Positions 1 to 11,561 of a stretch of 64,000 nt of DNA are shown here, piece after piece. Positions within the stretch are counted from its first letter, which is position 1. Each line of letters opens with the position of its first letter. The notes beneath the pieces were generated by a model, which saw nothing but the letters and a program-made list of their open reading frames with translations, was not told the origin of the DNA and did no database searches. Location of the stretch: positions 3,520,001 through 3,584,000 of the forward strand of contig CAWKDB010000010.1 in assembly GCA_963848295.1 (NCBI GenBank), written 5' to 3'. The position numbers and the translations under genes were made by a program. This DNA is from an uncultured delta proteobacterium. Its GTDB lineage: Bacteria; Myxococcota_A; Polyangia; Haliangiales; Haliangiaceae.

Positions 1-461
1 AAGATCCGATCGAGGTGCTCGGTTGGATCGCGAACGAGTCGGTCGCGGTGCTGGTGTCGGACTACGACATGCCGGCGATGACCGGTGCGCAGCTCGCCGC
101 CAAGGCGAAGGTGCTCCGCCCCGAGACCGTGCGGATCTTGTTGACCGGGCAGCGAACGCTCGAGACCGCGATCGACGGGATCAACCAGGGTGAGATCTTT
201 CGCTTCATCAACAAGCCGTTCGATCCGGGCGGCCTGCGCAAGTCGGTGCTCGAAGCGGTCGAGCGCCATCGCGAGCTCGTGGCGCTCTCCGGTGATCGGC
301 AACGGCGCGAGCGCCGCGAAGCGCTGCGCGCCGCGCTCGAAGCGGAGTATCCGGGCATCTCGTCGGTGCCACAAAACGGGACACTCGACGTGACGATCGA
401 TCCGTGGAGCGAAGCGACGGCGATGGGCCTCGTCGCGCTCGATCGCAAGCTCGAGAGCTAA
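1..461 (+). CDS. Response regulator receiver protein with C-terminal extension (5' truncated by window)
   Basis: VLVSDYDMP...ILLTG...FINKPF receiver motifs; frame open to the window edge. Confidence 0.85.
   Translation, partial: DPIEVLGWIANESVAVLVSDYDMPAMTGAQLAAKAKVLRPETVRILLTGQRTLETAIDGINQGEIFRFINKPFDPGGLRKSVLEAVERHRELVALSGDRQRRERREALRAALEAEYPGISSVPQNGTLDVTIDPWSEATAMGLVALDRKLES
361..383. repeat. 23-bp exact repeat, copy 1 (CGTCGGTGCCACAAAACGGGACA)
   Basis: Identical to 11408-11430; core TGCCAC-N5-GGGACA is an imperfect palindrome. Confidence 0.85.
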
Positions 462-470
462 GCATGTAAG

Positions 471-968
471 ATGCCGCCACTTGGGATGGGGACCGGGGAC
501 ACAACCACTCGCGAGCCGATGCTCGTGACCCGAGTCGGCGGGTTGCTGTGCGCGCTGCCCATCGGCCACGTCGTGGAGACGATGCGCCCGCTGCCGATCG
601 AGCCGCTCGCGGCGATCGGTCCGGAGCTCGCGTTCGTGTCCGGGGTCGCGGTCGTTCGCGGCGCGCCGATCCCGGTGGTGGACGCGGCGCGACTGCTCGA
701 CCAGCCCGCCGGCGCGCAGAATCGGTTCGTGATCGTGCGAACGAGCTCTCCAGGCGGCGACGCGCGGGTCGCCCTGTGGGTCGACACCGTCCTCGACGTC
801 AGGGCGTTCGAGCGCGCGGCGATCGCGGAGCTGCCACCGCTGCTCCACGGCGCGAATCGCGACATCGTGTCGGCGATCGGTACGGTCGACCGCGCGTTGC
901 TCGTCGTGCTCGACGCCGGGCGCGTCGTCCCCGAGGCCTGGCAAGCGATCCGACGGAGCGACGGGTGA
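471..968 (+). CDS. cheW: CheW-like coupling protein (start may be 486 or 519)
   Basis: ALPIGHVVETMRP...GVAVVRGAPIPVVD CheW signature; first gene of the che operon. Confidence 0.85.
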   Translation: MPPLGMGTGDTTTREPMLVTRVGGLLCALPIGHVVETMRPLPIEPLAAIGPELAFVSGVAVVRGAPIPVVDAARLLDQPAGAQNRFVIVRTSSPGGDARVALWVDTVLDVRAFERAAIAELPPLLHGANRDIVSAIGTVDRALLVVLDAGRVVPEAWQAIRRSDG

Positions 969-2452
969 CCGCCGACGAGCTCGCTCATTTCGTCCGGCTC
1001 GCCGAGGCGAGCTTCGGGCTTCGCGTCGACGATCGGCCGGGGCACATGGCCGAGCTGTGCTTGCGTCGCGCCGGCTCTCACCGAGAGTCGGTGGCGCAGT
1101 ATCTCGCGCGCGTCGATGCCGGCGATCCATCCGAATTGCGAGCGCTCGCGACCGAGCTGACGGTCGGCGAGACCTACTTTTTTCGCCACGCCGAACAGTT
1201 TCACGCGTTCGCAGACGTGGCGTTGCCCGAACGAACCCGAGCCCGCGCTCGCGTGCGCGTGCTCTCGGCCGGATGCTCGTCCGGCGAGGAGGCGTACACG
1301 ATGGCGATGCTCGTGCGCGATCGCGTCGCCGAGCCGAACCGCGTCGCGATCCACGCCGTCGACATCAATCCATCTGCGCTCGAGCGCGCGGCCCGCGGCC
1401 GCTACTCGCGCTGGGCTCTGCGCGCCACCCCGCCCGAGCTCGAGCAGCGGTGGTTCCATACCGAGGGTCGCGACGTCATGCTGTCGCCCAACTTGCGCGG
1501 GGCGGTCGCGTTCGACGAGCGCAACCTGATCGACGAGGGTGAGCTGTGGGCACCCGGAACGTGGGACATCGTGTTTTGTCGCAACGTGCTGATGTACTTC
1601 ACCGAGCCCTGCGCCCAGCTCGTGATCGACCGCTTCACGCGCGCGTTGGCGCCGGGCGGATATCTGTTCCTCGGGCACGCCGAGACGTTGCGCGGCCGGT
1701 CCGACGATTTCGAGCTATGCCACACCCACGGCACGTTCTACTACCAGCGCCAGCCGGGAACGCAGGTCGCGTCGACGACGGTGGGCGTCGAGCGTACGGC
1801 CGGGGTCGAGCTGCCGCTCACACCGGATGTCGCGTGGTACGAGGGCATCCACGCGGCGACCCGACGCGTCCACTCGATCGTCGACGACGCCCTCGCGGCG
1901 ACACCCGCGCCCGCCGCCGATCCTGCGATCGCGTCGGCGCGTGACGCGGAGCTCGGCGGGATTCGCGATCTGTTCGGGCAAGAGCGCTTTGCCGAGGCGC
2001 TCGCCCGACTGGCCACGTTGCCCGCGGCGCTCGTGCGCGATCCTGCGGTGGTGATGCTGCGCGCGCTCGTGCTCACGCACGCCGGTCGGCTCGGCGAAGC
2101 GGAGACGGCGTGTCGCGAGCTGCTCGCCGCCGAGCCCACGAGCGCAGCCGGCCACTATTTGTTCGCACTGTGCCGCGAGAGCGCGGGCGACACCGCGGCC
2201 GCCGCGGATCATGCGCGGCGGGCGAGCGAGCTCGATGCGAGCTTCGCGATGGCTCGCGTCCAGCTGGGATTGCTCGCGCGGCGTGCCGGCCGTCGCGACG
2301 ACGCCGCGAAGGAGCTCGCGCACGCGGTCGCGCTGCTCGAGCGCGAAGACCCGGCGCGCCTCGCCTTGTTCGGCGGAGGGTTCGGTCGCCAGGCCCTGAT
2401 CGCGCTGTGCCGTTCGGAGCTGGCTGCAACCGGAGGTCGCGATGAGCGATGA
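965..2452 (+). CDS. cheR: CheR methyltransferase with C-terminal TPR (WspC-like)
   Basis: TVGETYFFR, SAGCSSGEEAYT, DIVFCRNVLMYF, GGYLFLGHAE; helical TPR tail; GTG overlaps the cheW stop. Confidence 0.92.
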   Translation: MTADELAHFVRLAEASFGLRVDDRPGHMAELCLRRAGSHRESVAQYLARVDAGDPSELRALATELTVGETYFFRHAEQFHAFADVALPERTRARARVRVLSAGCSSGEEAYTMAMLVRDRVAEPNRVAIHAVDINPSALERAARGRYSRWALRATPPELEQRWFHTEGRDVMLSPNLRGAVAFDERNLIDEGELWAPGTWDIVFCRNVLMYFTEPCAQLVIDRFTRALAPGGYLFLGHAETLRGRSDDFELCHTHGTFYYQRQPGTQVASTTVGVERTAGVELPLTPDVAWYEGIHAATRRVHSIVDDALAATPAPAADPAIASARDAELGGIRDLFGQERFAEALARLATLPAALVRDPAVVMLRALVLTHAGRLGEAETACRELLAAEPTSAAGHYLFALCRESAGDTAAAADHARRASELDASFAMARVQLGLLARRAGRRDDAAKELAHAVALLEREDPARLALFGGGFGRQALIALCRSELAATGGRDER

Positions 2453-2945
2453 CCGGGCGACCGCGATGCGCGCGCAGTTCGACCGCGCGTTCGCCGAGCC
2501 GCCCAGGCCGAGCGCGCCGACGATGCGTGACTATCTCCTGGTCCGGATCGATGGACAGCCTCACGCGGTCGCGATGAACGAGATCGCGTCGCTGCACGCC
2601 GATCTTCGCGTGGCGCGCGTCCCGACGCCTGCTCCCGAGCTCTTGGGTGTCGCCGCGGTGCGCGCCGCACTCGTACCGGTCTACGACCTGCGCCTCGCGC
2701 TCGGTGCATCGGCCACCGCGGTCCCGCGCTGGGTCGTGCTCGTCCGCGGTGCGGCCGCCGGCTTCGCCTTCGACGGGTTCGACGGTCACGCCCGCTCGGA
2801 CCAGCAGCAAGACCAGGCCGCCGCGAAGATCGTCGCGTTCGGAGGGCGAGCTCATTCGCTCGTCGCGCTCCGCGAGCTACTCGGGTCGATTCAAGCGCGC
2901 TGGATGAATTCGGTGGATCGCCGCGGGGCGATCGAGGAGACATGA
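2442..2945 (+). CDS. cheW: Second CheW-like protein
   Basis: VPTPAPELLGVAAVRAALVPVYDL; position in operon. Confidence 0.8.
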   Translation: MSDDRATAMRAQFDRAFAEPPRPSAPTMRDYLLVRIDGQPHAVAMNEIASLHADLRVARVPTPAPELLGVAAVRAALVPVYDLRLALGASATAVPRWVVLVRGAAAGFAFDGFDGHARSDQQQDQAAAKIVAFGGRAHSLVALRELLGSIQARWMNSVDRRGAIEET

Positions 2946-2946
2946 C

Positions 2947-4416
2947 ATGTTTCGGAACTGGACGTTTGGTCGCAAAGTCGGTGCAGGGTTCGCGGTCGCG
3001 GCTATCGCGCTCGCGGTCATCGCGGTCACCGGCTACCGCAGCGCGAAGTCATTGATCGCGAACGACGAGCTCGTCGAGCGCACCCAGCAGGTCCGCCGTC
3101 AGATCGCGGAGGTGCTCACCCAGATGGATAACGCCGAGACCGGCCAGCGCGGCTACGTGATCACCGCGCAGGATTCGTTCCTCGCACCGTATACCGCCGG
3201 AACCGCGGCGGTGAAGTCCGTGGTCGAGGAGCTGCGACGGTTGACGAGCGACAACCCGAACCAACAGGCGAGACTCGATCGCCTACAGCCGCTCATCCAG
3301 CGCAAGCTCGACGAGCTGCAGTCGGTCATCGATACGCGGAAGGCGTCGGGGCTCGAAGCGGCGGCGACCACCGTGTCCGCGGGTGAAGGCAAGCGCACCA
3401 TGGATGACGTGCGCAGCATCCTCGACGACATGGACCGGGAGGAGGTGACGCTGCTCGACACCCGACGTCACGAGGCCGAGTCGAGCACCGAGCTCACGAC
3501 CATCGTGATCGAATGGGGCAGCGGCCTGGCGATCGCGCTGACGATCCTGGTCGGTTGGCTGATCACGAGCTCGCTGTCGAAGCAGGTCGGAACTGCGGTC
3601 CGCCACATCCAGAGCTCTTCGACAGAGCTCCAGGCCGCCGCGAACCAACAGGCGAGCGGCTCGCGCGAGCAATCGACTGCGATGACCGAGATCGCGACGA
3701 CGATCAGCGAGTTGCTCGCGACGTCCCGGCAGATCGCGGAGAGCGCGCAACGGGTGTCGCAGATCGCAGGGCAGACCGCCGGTTCGGCTCGCGCGGGCGA
3801 TGCGACAGTCGGCAAAGGCAACGAAGCGATCGCGACCGTCCGGCGTCAGGTCGACCTCATCGTCGGCCACATGCTCGATCTCGGGAAGAAGTCGCAGCAG
3901 GTCGGTGCCGTGCTCGATATCGTCGCGGAGCTCGCCGAACAAACGAACATCCTCGCGATCAACGCGACGATCGAGGCGGCCGGTGCCGGAGAAGTCGGTC
4001 GCCGGTTCGGCGTCGTCGCCGACGAGATCCGCAAGCTCGCCGATCGCGTGGCCGGCTCGACCAAGGAGATCCGCACGATGGTCGAGGACGTGCGCAGCGC
4101 CGTCAACACGACGGTGATGGCGACCGAGTCGGGTAGCAAGGCCGTCGACCTCGGAGGCACGCAGGTGTCCGAGATGGCGGTCGCGTTCCGGCAGATCGCG
4201 AGCCTCGTCGGGACGACGACCGACGCGGCCCGAGAGATCGAGCTGTCGACCAAACAGCAAGCGACCGCGGTCGAGCAGGTCAACATCGCGATCACGAACG
4301 TCGCGCAAGCGACACGGGAGAACGAAGCGAGCGCGTCGCAGACGCTGCAGACGTCATCACAGCTCGCCCAGCTATCGAGCGAGCTCATGAAGATCGTGCA
4401 GGCGACGGCTGGCTGA
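2947..4416 (+). CDS. Methyl-accepting chemotaxis protein with CHASE3 sensor, no evident HAMP
   Basis: TM1, AETGQRGYVIT...FLAPY (CHASE3), TM2, hairpin tip QTNILAINATIEAAGAGEVGRRFGVVADEIRKLA. Confidence 0.93.
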   Translation: MFRNWTFGRKVGAGFAVAAIALAVIAVTGYRSAKSLIANDELVERTQQVRRQIAEVLTQMDNAETGQRGYVITAQDSFLAPYTAGTAAVKSVVEELRRLTSDNPNQQARLDRLQPLIQRKLDELQSVIDTRKASGLEAAATTVSAGEGKRTMDDVRSILDDMDREEVTLLDTRRHEAESSTELTTIVIEWGSGLAIALTILVGWLITSSLSKQVGTAVRHIQSSSTELQAAANQQASGSREQSTAMTEIATTISELLATSRQIAESAQRVSQIAGQTAGSARAGDATVGKGNEAIATVRRQVDLIVGHMLDLGKKSQQVGAVLDIVAELAEQTNILAINATIEAAGAGEVGRRFGVVADEIRKLADRVAGSTKEIRTMVEDVRSAVNTTVMATESGSKAVDLGGTQVSEMAVAFRQIASLVGTTTDAAREIELSTKQQATAVEQVNIAITNVAQATRENEASASQTLQTSSQLAQLSSELMKIVQATAG

Positions 4417-6302
4417 TGGCCTCGGACCCGTACAAGTACTTCCGGATCGAAGCGCACGACCTCGTCGATCAGCTCGGCAAGGGGCTGCTCGATCTCGAGA
4501 AGCGCGGCGATGCCGAGCTCGTCGCTCGCCTGTTGCGCCTGGCCCACACGCTCAAGGGTGCGGCGCGAATCGTCAAGCACCGCGAGCTCGCGGACCTCGC
4601 GCATGCGGTCGAGGACGCGCTCGCACCGTTGCGCGATCACCCGGTTCCTCAGCGCGCGGACGCGGCGTTCGCGCTCGTCGATCGCATGGCGGCACAGGTC
4701 GCCTCGCTCCCTGCACCGCAAGGCGGGACCGCGGCGCAGCCACCGTCGGCGGCGCCCGCACCGGTCGATACCGCACCGACGCTGCCGCGCGCCGATGCGT
4801 CGGCGATCGACGAGGTGCTCGGCGGCCTCGCCGAGGCTCACGCCCTGCTCGGTCGACTGCGAGCCGACCGCGACCCGGCGACGGTCGCCCAGCGCATCGA
4901 GCATCTCGACCGCGAGCTCGGCAACGTGCGACACGACGTCGAGCGGCTCCGCCTGCTCCCCGCGAGCTCGGTGTTCACCTCGCTCGAACGAACCGCGCGA
5001 GATAGCGCGCTGGCCGCGGGCAAGCGTGTCGAGTTCTCGGGCAAGAACGGAGAGGTTCGGCTCGACGCGCACGTGCTCAGCGTCCTGCACGGTGCGCTCG
5101 TCCAGCTCGTGCGCAATGCGGTCGCCCATGGCATCGAGGCCCCGGCCGGGCGTGGCTCCGCCGGCAAGGCCGTTGAAGGGAGAGTCGAGATCAGCTTCGA
5201 GCTCCGCGGCGGCCGCGTCGTCGTCACGTGCAGCGACGACGGGCGCGGGATCGACGTCGGTGCAGTGCGACGCGCGATGACGGCGCGGGGCGTGGCCGGG
5301 GTGAAGCAGATGAGCGACGACGAGCTCCTGCGGCTGCTGCTGCGCGGCGGAATCACGACCGCGACCGAGGTCAGCGAGCACGCCGGCCGAGGAATCGGGC
5401 TCGACGTGGTGCACGAGGCTGCCCGCGAAGTTGGCGGTGAGGTGACGGCGCGGACTACCGCAGGCGTCGGAACGACGATCACGATCTCGACCCCGGCGTC
5501 CCTCGCCGCGGTCGCGGTGCTCGCGGTGGAGGCGGGTGGCCAGGTCGCCGCGATCCCTCACGCCGCGATCCGGCGCGTCCTGCATCTCGCCTCCGATACC
5601 GTGACCCTCACGTCCGAAGGCTCGTGCGTCGCGTACGAGTCGACCACGATCCCGTTCGCGCTGCTCGGCCCGTTGCTCGGCGCGCGCGGCGAGCCCGGCC
5701 GCGCGATGGTGGTGCTCGACGGCGGCGGCGGGTTGATCGCGCTCGGCGTGGACCGTACGCTCGGGATCGAGGAGTCCGTCGTGCGAGCGCTGGCGTCCGA
5801 GGTCCCCGTCGATCCGATCGTGTGGGGCATCGCGCTCGATGCCGAGGGCCATCCGCGCGCGGTGCTCGATCCGATCGCGCTTGCCGCCGCGGCGCGACGG
5901 GCCCCCGTCGAGCTCGGGCCCGCGGTCGCGCGCGCACTTCCGATCCTCGTGGTCGACGACTCGCTCACCACGCGCATGCTCGAGCAGAGCATCCTCGAAT
6001 CGGCCGGTTACGCGGTCGAGGTCGCGACCTCGGGAGAGGAAGCGCTGGAGCGGCTGTCTCGAAATTCCTACGCGCTGCTGCTCGTCGATGTCGAGATGCC
6101 GGGCATGGACGGGTTCACGCTGATCGCCGAGCTGCGCTCGAGGCGCGAGCTCGCCGGGATCCCCGCGATCCTCGTGACGTCGCGCAACGCGCCGGAGGAC
6201 CGCAGACGCGGCGTGACGGTCGGTGCACAGGGCTACGTCGTGAAGAGTGACTTCGATCAAGTGGCGCTGCTCGCGATGATCGACCGGTTGGTGCACACGT
6301 GA
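4416..6302 (+). CDS. cheA: Hybrid CheA (Hpt-HATPase-CheW-REC; WspE-like)
   Basis: RLAHTLKGAA, QLVRNAVAHGIE, DDGRGID, GRGIGLDVV, C-terminal receiver. Confidence 0.92.
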   Translation: MASDPYKYFRIEAHDLVDQLGKGLLDLEKRGDAELVARLLRLAHTLKGAARIVKHRELADLAHAVEDALAPLRDHPVPQRADAAFALVDRMAAQVASLPAPQGGTAAQPPSAAPAPVDTAPTLPRADASAIDEVLGGLAEAHALLGRLRADRDPATVAQRIEHLDRELGNVRHDVERLRLLPASSVFTSLERTARDSALAAGKRVEFSGKNGEVRLDAHVLSVLHGALVQLVRNAVAHGIEAPAGRGSAGKAVEGRVEISFELRGGRVVVTCSDDGRGIDVGAVRRAMTARGVAGVKQMSDDELLRLLLRGGITTATEVSEHAGRGIGLDVVHEAAREVGGEVTARTTAGVGTTITISTPASLAAVAVLAVEAGGQVAAIPHAAIRRVLHLASDTVTLTSEGSCVAYESTTIPFALLGPLLGARGEPGRAMVVLDGGGGLIALGVDRTLGIEESVVRALASEVPVDPIVWGIALDAEGHPRAVLDPIALAAAARRAPVELGPAVARALPILVVDDSLTTRMLEQSILESAGYAVEVATSGEEALERLSRNSYALLLVDVEMPGMDGFTLIAELRSRRELAGIPAILVTSRNAPEDRRRGVTVGAQGYVVKSDFDQVALLAMIDRLVHT

Positions 6303-7350
6303 TCCGGGTGCTCGTCGTCGATGACTCGGCCACGGTGCGTGCGCGCCTCGTCGAGATCCTCGGCACCGCGTCGGACATCGAGGTGGTCGGCGAGGCCAGC
6401 GACGGCCGACGCGCCGTCGAGCTCACCGCCGCGCTGCGGCCCGACGTCGTGACGCTCGATCTCGCGCTTCCCGAAATGAACGGGTTCGCCGCGACCGAGC
6501 AGATCATGGCGCATCATCCGACGCCGATCTTGATCGTCTCGGCGTCGTTCAACCGGGGCGAGCTGTTCGACACCTACGAGGCGCTCGCGGCCGGGGCGGT
6601 CGACGTGCTCGAGAAGCCGGGGGATGACGACGACGAGTGGGAGCAGCGGTTCTTGTCGGCGGTGCGCATGGTCGCGAAGATCCGAGTGATCACCCATCCG
6701 CGCGCCCGGCTCGCGCCCTATGGCCGTGGCACGGTGCGCACGATCCCGCCGCCCGCGATCGGAGCAGCCCGGCGACCGGAGCTGATCGCGTTGGGCGCCT
6801 CGACCGGAGGGCCGGCCGCCCTCGCCGAGGTGATCGCTGCGATCCCGCGGGGAGTGCTCACACCGATCGTCGTCGTGCTTCATATCGGAGCGCCGTTCGC
6901 GACCGCGTTCGCGGACTGGTTGAGCGAACGCACGTCGCGGCGGACACGTGTCGTCGCCGATGGCGATGTGATCGAGGCGCAGGCGGGCCAGCTGTGGTTC
7001 GCACCTCCCGACCGCCACCTCGTGATCGAAGGGCGCCGGCTGCGCCTCGATTCGGGACCCGAGCGCCATCACTGCCGTCCGTCGATCGACGTGCTGTTCG
7101 AATCGATCGCGGCGTCCTACGCGGATCGCGCGGCCGGGTGCCTGCTCACCGGGATGGGGCGCGATGGCGCCGCGGGCCTGCTCGCGATCCGACGCGCAGG
7201 TGGGTTCACGATCGCGCAAGACGAAGCGACCTCGATCGTCTACGGCATGCCGCGGGAGGCCGCGCTCCTCGGCGCCGCCCAGCAGGTGCTGCCTTTGCAC
7301 GAGATCGGTCCGGCGATCGCGAGACTGACCGAGCTTCGCGAGGTCGAGCG

Positions 7351-7354
<4 letters not shown>
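6299..7354 (+). CDS. cheB: CheB methylesterase (REC + esterase)
   Basis: N-terminal receiver; GASTGG, RPSIDVLF, LTGMGRDGA, AQDEATSIVYGMP. Confidence 0.95.
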
Positions 7355-9312
<1,958 letters not shown>

Positions 9313-9327
9313 GGCTCGACGAGCGAC

Positions 9328-9333
9328 TATAAT
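9328..9333 (+). promoter_or_regulatory. Perfect -10 hexamer TATAAT upstream of the hybrid kinase
   Basis: TATAAT in a short intergenic gap of otherwise GC-rich DNA. Confidence 0.5.
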
Positions 9334-9344
9334 GGCCGAGTCAT

Positions 9345-11396
9345 ATGGGTGAGGGGGGATTGACGGCACGGAACGTAAGGATCCTGTTCGTCGAGGATTC
9401 GGAAGACGACGCGCTCCTGCTCATCCGCGAGCTGACGCGCGGCGGATACGCGGTCGATTCGCAGCGCGTTCACGCCGAGGACACGCTGCGCGATGCGTTG
9501 CGGCAACCGTGGGACGTCGTGATCTCGGACTTCTCGATGCCAGACTTCTCCGGGCTTCAGGCGTTCGAGATCCTCCGCGCGGTAGCACCCGAGCTTCCGG
9601 TGATCTTCGTCTCGGGCGTCCTCGGCGAGGAGCGCGCCGTGGAAGCGATGCGACTCGGGGCGCGGGACTACTTCGTGAAGGGCAAGATCAGCCGGCTGTG
9701 CGCCGCGGTCGGCCGAGAGCTCGGAGAAGCCGACAACCTCCGAAAGCGCCTCGAGGCGGAGCGCGCGCTCGCGCGGGAAGAGCGCCGCTATCGCAGCATC
9801 TTCGAGTCGGCGTCGGTCGGGATCATCGAGATCGACCTCGCGAGCATCGGGATCATGATCGATGCGATTCCGCCGGAACATCGAACGGACGTACGCGCGT
9901 GGCTGCGCTCGAGCGCCGATTCCGTCGGCCGGGCGGCTCGCCAGATCCGCGTGGTCGCGGCGAATCGGGCCGCGAAAGGGATGTTCGCGGTGGCCACGCT
10001 CGACCAGCTGAGCGCGTTCATCGCCGGTCGCGCGGCGGGGTCGAGCAGCGTGTGGGATCCGCTGCTCGAAGCGATCGCGCTCGGCAAGACCTCGTTCGAA
10101 CGCGAGGTCGAGATCGAGACCCCGGACAAGCACGTCGTCAACGTGCTGCTGTCCGCAACGCTCCCCGACGACCACGCGGATCTCGGGAACGTCGTGTTCG
10201 CGATCGTCGATCTCGCCGAACGCCGGCGGCTCGAAAACCAGATGCGGGCCGTGCAGCGGATGGAGTCCGTCGGCCGGCTCGCCGGCGGGATCGCTCACGA
10301 CTTCAACAACATCCTCGCCGTGGTCACGACCTATGCGGGCTTCGTGGCCGAAGACAACGGCCTGAGCGAACGCGCTCGCGAAGATGTCGCCGCGATCATC
10401 GGAGCGGCGAAGCGCGCGGCCACCCTGACTCAGCAGCTGCTCGCGTTCAGTCGTCGCCAGCGGCAGCATCCCGTGGTGCTCGACTTGAACGCGACGGTGC
10501 GCGGCTTTCACCTGATGATCCGACGCGTCGTCGGTGAGGACGTCCACCTCGCGCTTCACCTCGGCGATCGCCTCGGTCATATCCGTGCGGATCCGAGTCA
10601 GCTCGAACAGGTGCTGCTGAACTTGGTCGTCAATGCCCGCGACGCGATGCCGACCGGCGGGCGGCTCACGCTGGAGACCGCGAACGCCGAGCTCGGAGCC
10701 GACTACGGCCTCGACAAGCTCGCCGAGGTTCCACCGGGGAGCTACGTCTCGTTGACGGTCAGCGATTCCGGCACCGGCATGGACGAGGCCACGCGGTCGC
10801 GCGCCTTCGAGCCGTTCTTCACGACCAAGGCCGCAGGTAAGGGGACGGGTCTCGGCCTCTCGACGGTCTACGGCATCGTGAAGCAGACCGGTGGCTTCGT
10901 GTGGATCTATAGCGAGCCCGGTCACGGTACCGCGTTCAAGATCTACTTCCCACGAACCGAAGAGGCGCATCGGACGGTCGCGAAGCCGGCGTCGGTCTCG
11001 GTCGTCGACGGTACGGAGACCATCGTGCTCGCGGAGGACGAGGTCCAGGTCCGGCGTGCGCTCCGCCGGATCCTCGAGAAGCACGGCTATCAAGTCCTCG
11101 AAGCGTTAGATCCGGCGCACGCGTTGCGGCTGTGCGAGGAACACCCCGGGCCCATCGACCTGCTGCTGACCGACGTGGTGATGCCGAACATGAGCGGTAG
11201 CGAGCTCGCCGAGGGTGCGCGCGCGCTGCGCCCGCAGCTCAAGACGGTGTTCATGTCGGGCTACACGGCCACCGCGATCGTCGACCACGGCATGTTGGGC
11301 GCCGACGAGGCCTACCTGACCAAGCCGTTCACGCGAGACGAATTGCTGCAGCGCCTGCGCGAGGTGCTGGACAAGGGCGACCCGACGAGGTCGTGA
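9345..11396 (+). CDS. Hybrid histidine kinase REC-PAS-like-HK-REC (start may be TTG 9360)
   Basis: [35 protein letters not shown]; terminal receiver. Confidence 0.92.
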   Translation: MGEGGLTARNVRILFVEDSEDDALLLIRELTRGGYAVDSQRVHAEDTLRDALRQPWDVVISDFSMPDFSGLQAFEILRAVAPELPVIFVSGVLGEERAVEAMRLGARDYFVKGKISRLCAAVGRELGEADNLRKRLEAERALAREERRYRSIFESASVGIIEIDLASIGIMIDAIPPEHRTDVRAWLRSSADSVGRAARQIRVVAANRAAKGMFAVATLDQLSAFIAGRAAGSSSVWDPLLEAIALGKTSFEREVEIETPDKHVVNVLLSATLPDDHADLGNVVFAIVDLAERRRLENQMRAVQRMESVGRLAGGIAHDFNNILAVVTTYAGFVAEDNGLSERAREDVAAIIGAAKRAATLTQQLLAFSRRQRQHPVVLDLNATVRGFHLMIRRVVGEDVHLALHLGDRLGHIRADPSQLEQVLLNLVVNARDAMPTGGRLTLETANAELGADYGLDKLAEVPPGSYVSLTVSDSGTGMDEATRSRAFEPFFTTKAAGKGTGLGLSTVYGIVKQTGGFVWIYSEPGHGTAFKIYFPRTEEAHRTVAKPASVSVVDGTETIVLAEDEVQVRRALRRILEKHGYQVLEALDPAHALRLCEEHPGPIDLLLTDVVMPNMSGSELAEGARALRPQLKTVFMSGYTATAIVDHGMLGADEAYLTKPFTRDELLQRLREVLDKGDPTRS

Positions 11397-11407
11397 TCGC
11401 GGCTCGG

Positions 11408-11430
11408 CGTCGGTGCCACAAAACGGGACA
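11408..11430. repeat. 23-bp exact repeat, copy 2 (intergenic)
   Basis: Identical to 361-383. Confidence 0.85.
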
Positions 11431-11561
11431 TGTGGTCGGGCGGCGACCATCGCGCTTTACGTTTCTTCACATCGGTCGCGGCCACTCTCACTGGAACCCA
11501 ACGCAGCGCCGACTCCTCCGGACGGTGGAACGTGAGAGGCTGAGGTCATGTTTCACGCGGG

